This document shows, one piece after another, positions 60,439 through 64,000 of a DNA stretch of 64,000 bases. This DNA is from an uncultured Gemmatimonadaceae bacterium. GTDB taxonomy: Bacteria > Gemmatimonadota > Gemmatimonadetes > Gemmatimonadales > Gemmatimonadaceae. The notes below the pieces were generated by a model. The model was not told where the DNA came from, searched no databases, and saw nothing but the letters and a program-made list of their open reading frames with translations. Numbering within the stretch: the stretch's first letter is position 1; the number at the start of each line of letters is the position of its first letter. A program made the position numbers and the translations under genes. Location: positions 352,001 through 416,000 of the forward strand of contig CAWAGQ010000006.1 of assembly GCA_963781585.1 (NCBI GenBank), in the 5' to 3' direction.

Positions 60439-62382
60439 TCACGCGCCCGCGGTACCAGACCGTGCTCCGCGCTCGCTTCCCGCAGCATCTCCGCCACGTG
60501 CCTGTGGCCCTTCATTTCTGCCCAGGCCAGGGGGACGGACCACCGGGCCCCCGACGCGACGGGGTCGGCGCCGCGCTCGAGCAATAGCTCGACCATCGCG
60601 CTCTGTCCGCGTCGGGCGGCCACGCCGAGGGGAGTGGAACGGTACTCGTCGTCAATGCCATCGATATCCGCGCCATGCGCGAGCAGCAGTTTCGCCTTGG
60701 CGAGCTCCCCCTCGGCGGCCATGTGATGGAGCAGCGTGAACCGGTGCCAGTTCATGTGGTTGGGGTCCATGCCGTGCTCCAGCAGGAAGGCGGCGGTCGC
60801 CTCGTGCTTGAAGTAGTAGTACGGCGCCCATTTCGACACCGGCGGCACCCGGGCGCCGAGTCGAAGGAGCATCGCGATGACGTCGTGCCGCCCCTCACGC
60901 GCGGGACCGGCGAGGATGCCGTCCCCCCAGCCCGCCTCGTCGTCATGGACCCAGTGCAGGTTGGCGCGCAGCAGTCGCTCCGCCTCGTCCAGCTTTCCCG
61001 CCTGCGCGAGTTGCGCGACCTGATCGCGGCCGGACGCCTCCCGCTGTCGTCCGCCGTGTCGGCGGAGGAGCTCCGTGAGCTCGGAGTCCTTTCTTTCCGC
61101 CTGCGACATGGGTGTGCCGCACGAGTCGACGTCTGCGTTCGGATCGGCGCCGTGCGCCAGCAGCAGGCGGGCGATTTCGCGCTCACGATCGTTCACGGCG
61201 ATCCAGAGCGACAGCCCGCGCGGCGCGCCCTCCTCGGGCAGGTTCGGATCCGCGCCGTGCTCGAGCAGCAATCGCGTCATCGCGAGATCGCGCCGGCGCA
61301 CGGCCGCCGAGAGCACGCGATGATGGCAGGTGTCCTCGAAGTCGGCGACCGAGCGGTCGCGGGCCAGCGCGTCGCGCACGAACTGCTCGTCGCCGCGGAG
61401 TGCGGCGATGAAGATCGTGTAACGCGCCCCCCGTGACAGAAGCAACGTCGCGATCTCCTCGCGCGGACCCAGCATGACCTGGAAGAACCAGTTGGGCATC
61501 AGGGCGCAGTGCACCGGTCGATACCCGTCCCCACGGACGGCGTCGACGTTCGCGCCCGCGGCGAGCAGCGCGCGAACGACCTGCAGGTGCCCGCCCTTGG
61601 CGGCGTGATGAAGGGCGGTGTCGCCCGTTTCGTTGCTGGCTCGAGCGAGCGCGGGGTCGCGGGCGAGCTCGGTCCCGACCCCGGCGAGGTCGCCCCGTCG
61701 CGCCGCCTCGATGATCGCGTGCGTCGCCCGAGGCGACGGCGAACCGGCGTGTCAGGCGCCGGCGCAGGACGTCGGCCAGCTCCTCATGACCGCGATCCTC
61801 GGCGAAGGTCAGCAGCGATTCCTGGAAGGGATAGCTGCGGTATGCCGGATCGGCACCGTGGTCCAGGAGAAACGTGGCGACGTCGCGCTGTCCTTCACGC
61901 GCCGCGAAGTGGATTGGCGGCGTGTAGTTGTACTCGACGGTCGCGAGCGCGGGATGGCGCGTCACGAGTTCCTTCACCGTGGTGATGTCACCCTCGCGCG
62001 CCGCGGCGAACATGGCGAAGACATCGTCCGTTGGCAGGTCCGTTCCATCGGCGAGCGTCCAACGCCGACCGGTCGAGAGCTCCACCGGACGAATGAGCGG
62101 CCGCAGAACGAACCCGCCGCCGGTGACGGTCTCCACATGGTGCACCAGCTTCGGCCAACTCGGGAAACCGAACTCGCGCGCGATCGCGAGTTGCGCGTCG
62201 GCGAGGGTGATCCGTGCGCCGCGACCGATGGCCGCCACACGCGCGCCCGCGTCTCCGCCGCGCGCGTCGTGAAGCAGGTCCTTGGCTTGCTTGCGGAGCT
62301 GCTCGAGCGACGGGCGCTCGGGGAGGGGCCGCGGCGCAGCGGGCGAGCCGCCATCGCCACCGCGTGAGGGGGAGGGGGACAT
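60402..62382 (-). pseudogene. Ankyrin-repeat protein with LPERPSLEQLRKQAK N-terminal domain, frameshifted near 61726
   Basis: First frame: TPPIHFAAREG ankyrin repeat up to RRFAVASG. Removing one base continues THAIIEAARRGD...DTALHHAAKGGH into ORF 60402..61514. Real pseudogene or sequencing indel. Confidence 0.75.
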
Positions 62383-62398
62383 GAGATCTCCTTTCGAT

Positions 62399-62492
62399 GC
62401 GCCCGTGTCCGCAGGTCGGGCTGAAAGAAGATCGGGATCCGACTGCCGTGTTTCGTCAGGTGGGCTCTGCCCTGCCCGCGGACGGGGTGCGC
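62399..62492 (-). ncRNA. Candidate structured 5' leader of the ankyrin gene
   Basis: On the - strand GUCCGCGGGCAGGGC (62483-62469) can pair with GCCCGACCUGCGGAC (62421-62407) at 13/15 positions including one G-U, with an outer GCGC pair. It ends just before RBS AAAGGAG. Confidence 0.45.
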
Positions 62493-62763
62493 CCTGCGCG
62501 CTTGCCCATCCTAAGACGGATGGCCGCTCGCCGTCAAGCGAGGGCCCATCTGGTCATTGCGGGGATACCGTCTGGCTGGAGTCGTCAAACTGATTGACCC
62601 CGAGTCCCGGTCCTGGTCTGGACGGCGGAGAGAGGTCCGCCTAACGCCATTCCGATCTGCTGCGGGGAGCCCTCATGCGACTCTCGCCGCAGTCGCGCGG
62701 CGCCCGCCGCGCGCACTGAAGAGCGCCGACTACGGCACCAGCTGCCTGGGGCGCCGGTCCCTG

Positions 62764-63117
62764 TCACCGAATGAAATAACCAGAGACGCGCCAGGTGCCG
62801 TCAACGTCGCGCATCGGTGTGACCGTCTCGACGGCGGAGCGTTTGTGTTCAAACTGCGTGTCGAACTGGAAGACAACGTACTCCCCGTCAGGAGCGCCCG
62901 GGAGCTCGGTCGCTGGGCGCGCTTCCCTGAGCGTGCGCACCACCAGTGCTCCGAGGGGTTCGCGTGCGGCGGCGAGGGAACGGGCCCACTGGGTCTCCGG
63001 GACGGCCCGCCGAAAGAGCGAGGCGGCAGCCTCCCACGTGCCGGCCGCATCGGCGGCGTCGGCCCGGGCGAGCCAGTCACGCGCGGCCTGCTCGGCCTCA
63101 GGATCGTATTCAGCCAT
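62764..63117 (-). CDS. DUF4019-like protein
   Basis: AARDWLARAD...REPLG...LPGAPDGEYVVFQFDTQF...AVETVTP...DGTWRVSGYFIR. Confidence 0.85.
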   Translation of the reverse strand: MAEYDPEAEQAARDWLARADAADAAGTWEAAASLFRRAVPETQWARSLAAAREPLGALVVRTLREARPATELPGAPDGEYVVFQFDTQFEHKRSAVETVTPMRDVDGTWRVSGYFIR

Positions 63118-63174
63118 TGCTGTCTCCGCTCTTCACATGTGAAGCGGGGGGCCCGCGCCCGCCACCTCACCTCA

Positions 63175-63261
63175 CTACGGCAGATCCCTTCTCGTGGCCA
63201 TTGCCTTCGCGATCAGCGCGCCGTGGACACGCACCTCGACATCGGTGAGCGCGTCAGCCAC
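63175..63261 (-). pseudogene. N-terminal stub resembling YceH/DUF480
   Basis: Manual translation MADALTDVEVRVHGALIAKAMAT...stop, preceded by purine-rich GAAGGAAGG. Resembles the LTxxExRVLGALIEK start of YceH. Confidence 0.45.
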
Positions 63262-63327
63262 GATGCCTTCCTTCGACGGCGGTGGATCATGTCCGGAGTG
63301 GAATCGCGCGTCGGGCCCGTCAGCCGG

Positions 63328-64000
63328 TTACTGGCTGAACGAAACCTGGAGGTTGTTGCCGACAATGCTGAAGCTGGGCAGGAATCCATTGACGCTGTTG
63401 CCCGTGAATTGAGCCGCCGAGAAGTTCGAGAGGTTGGTCGCCGTCAGAATGGTATACGGTGTGTCGAGCGCAAAACCGGCACCGCCCTTGAATGAGAAGG
63501 CTGCGGGACCCGCCGTCATGGCCAGGGTTCCCGAGACCACGAGACAGGTGGTGGCGGTGCCAAGGGTGGTCTCGATGACACCTTGCGCGAGTTCAAGGGC
63601 GCCGATCGTCAGGCTGGCTTGCTGATAATAGCTGATGTCCAGCGTACCGTTGCCGTAGAGTCCAACGGTCGCCGCGCCGCCGGAGGACCCCTGGTAGAAC
63701 GCGATTCTCCCGCCGGAACCGCCGTTGTAGCCACCCATGGCGAGCAACAGTGCATTACCTGCCGTCGTTGGTCCGCTGAATGAGGTCAGGCCTCCGTAGG
63801 GGCCCTGGGTGAGGGCGCCGAGGTTCACGAACGTACCGCTGGCGGCCGTGGGAATGTTGCTCCCGCTGGGGACCGTGGGAACGTCGCTCCCGCTTGCGGC
63901 CGGGGGAACCTTGGTCCCACTGCCAGCGGCGCTGTCGTCGGTGTACACGACAAACTCGGTGAGGCCTCCGGGAGCGCCGGCGCCCGTGCCGGGGAAGTTC
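63328..64000 (-). CDS. C-terminal part of a large Gly/Ser/Thr-rich secreted beta-helix-like protein (5' end outside the window)
   Basis: Frame is open to the window end; passenger-like segments LTIGALEL, YTILTA; short 9-aa repeats VPPAASGSD/VPTVPSGSN/IPTAASG. Confidence 0.6.
   Translation of the reverse strand, partial: NFPGTGAGAPGGLTEFVVYTDDSAAGSGTKVPPAASGSDVPTVPSGSNIPTAASGTFVNLGALTQGPYGGLTSFSGPTTAGNALLLAMGGYNGGSGGRIAFYQGSSGGAATVGLYGNGTLDISYYQQASLTIGALELAQGVIETTLGTATTCLVVSGTLAMTAGPAAFSFKGGAGFALDTPYTILTATNLSNFSAAQFTGNSVNGFLPSFSIVGNNLQVSFSQ

Noticed and set aside
62639..62763. attC-like end (GCAGCAGATCGGAATGGCGTTAGGC on -) after the DUF4019-like gene, and a similar GTTAGGC at 47086
   Set aside because: GTTRRRY core present, but I found no matching RYYYAAC inverse core and no integron integrase; at most a degenerate relic. 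Treated under the octamer finding.

Overview
High-GC bacterial chromosomal window. A Gemmatimonadota-like origin is inferred from the PadR-ADOP permease pair, 6-bladed propeller paralogs, a VPS10/BNR protein and many exported hydrolases. It is a mosaic of about 42 accessory genes plus at least six gene remnants. I saw no rRNA, tRNA, CRISPR array, integrase or transposase. Highlights: (1) a membrane-anchored alpha-dioxygenase-type heme enzyme followed 1 bp later by a P450-like ORF that the ORF track misses, a candidate bacterial oxylipin pathway; (2) a coupled four-gene operon ending in a papain-like protease fused to an alpha/beta-hydrolase; (3) an NrfC/NrfD/cytochrome c module with no catalytic subunit, divergent from a sigma54 two-component system and a blue-copper protein; (4) a multicopper oxidase with permuted copper-motif order; (5) a structured leader abutting the RBS of an ankyrin gene; (6) the octamer CGTTAGGC/GCCTAACG, found 14 times by eye and usually forcing a rare TTA codon. 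All functional calls rest on motif recognition; no database searches were run.
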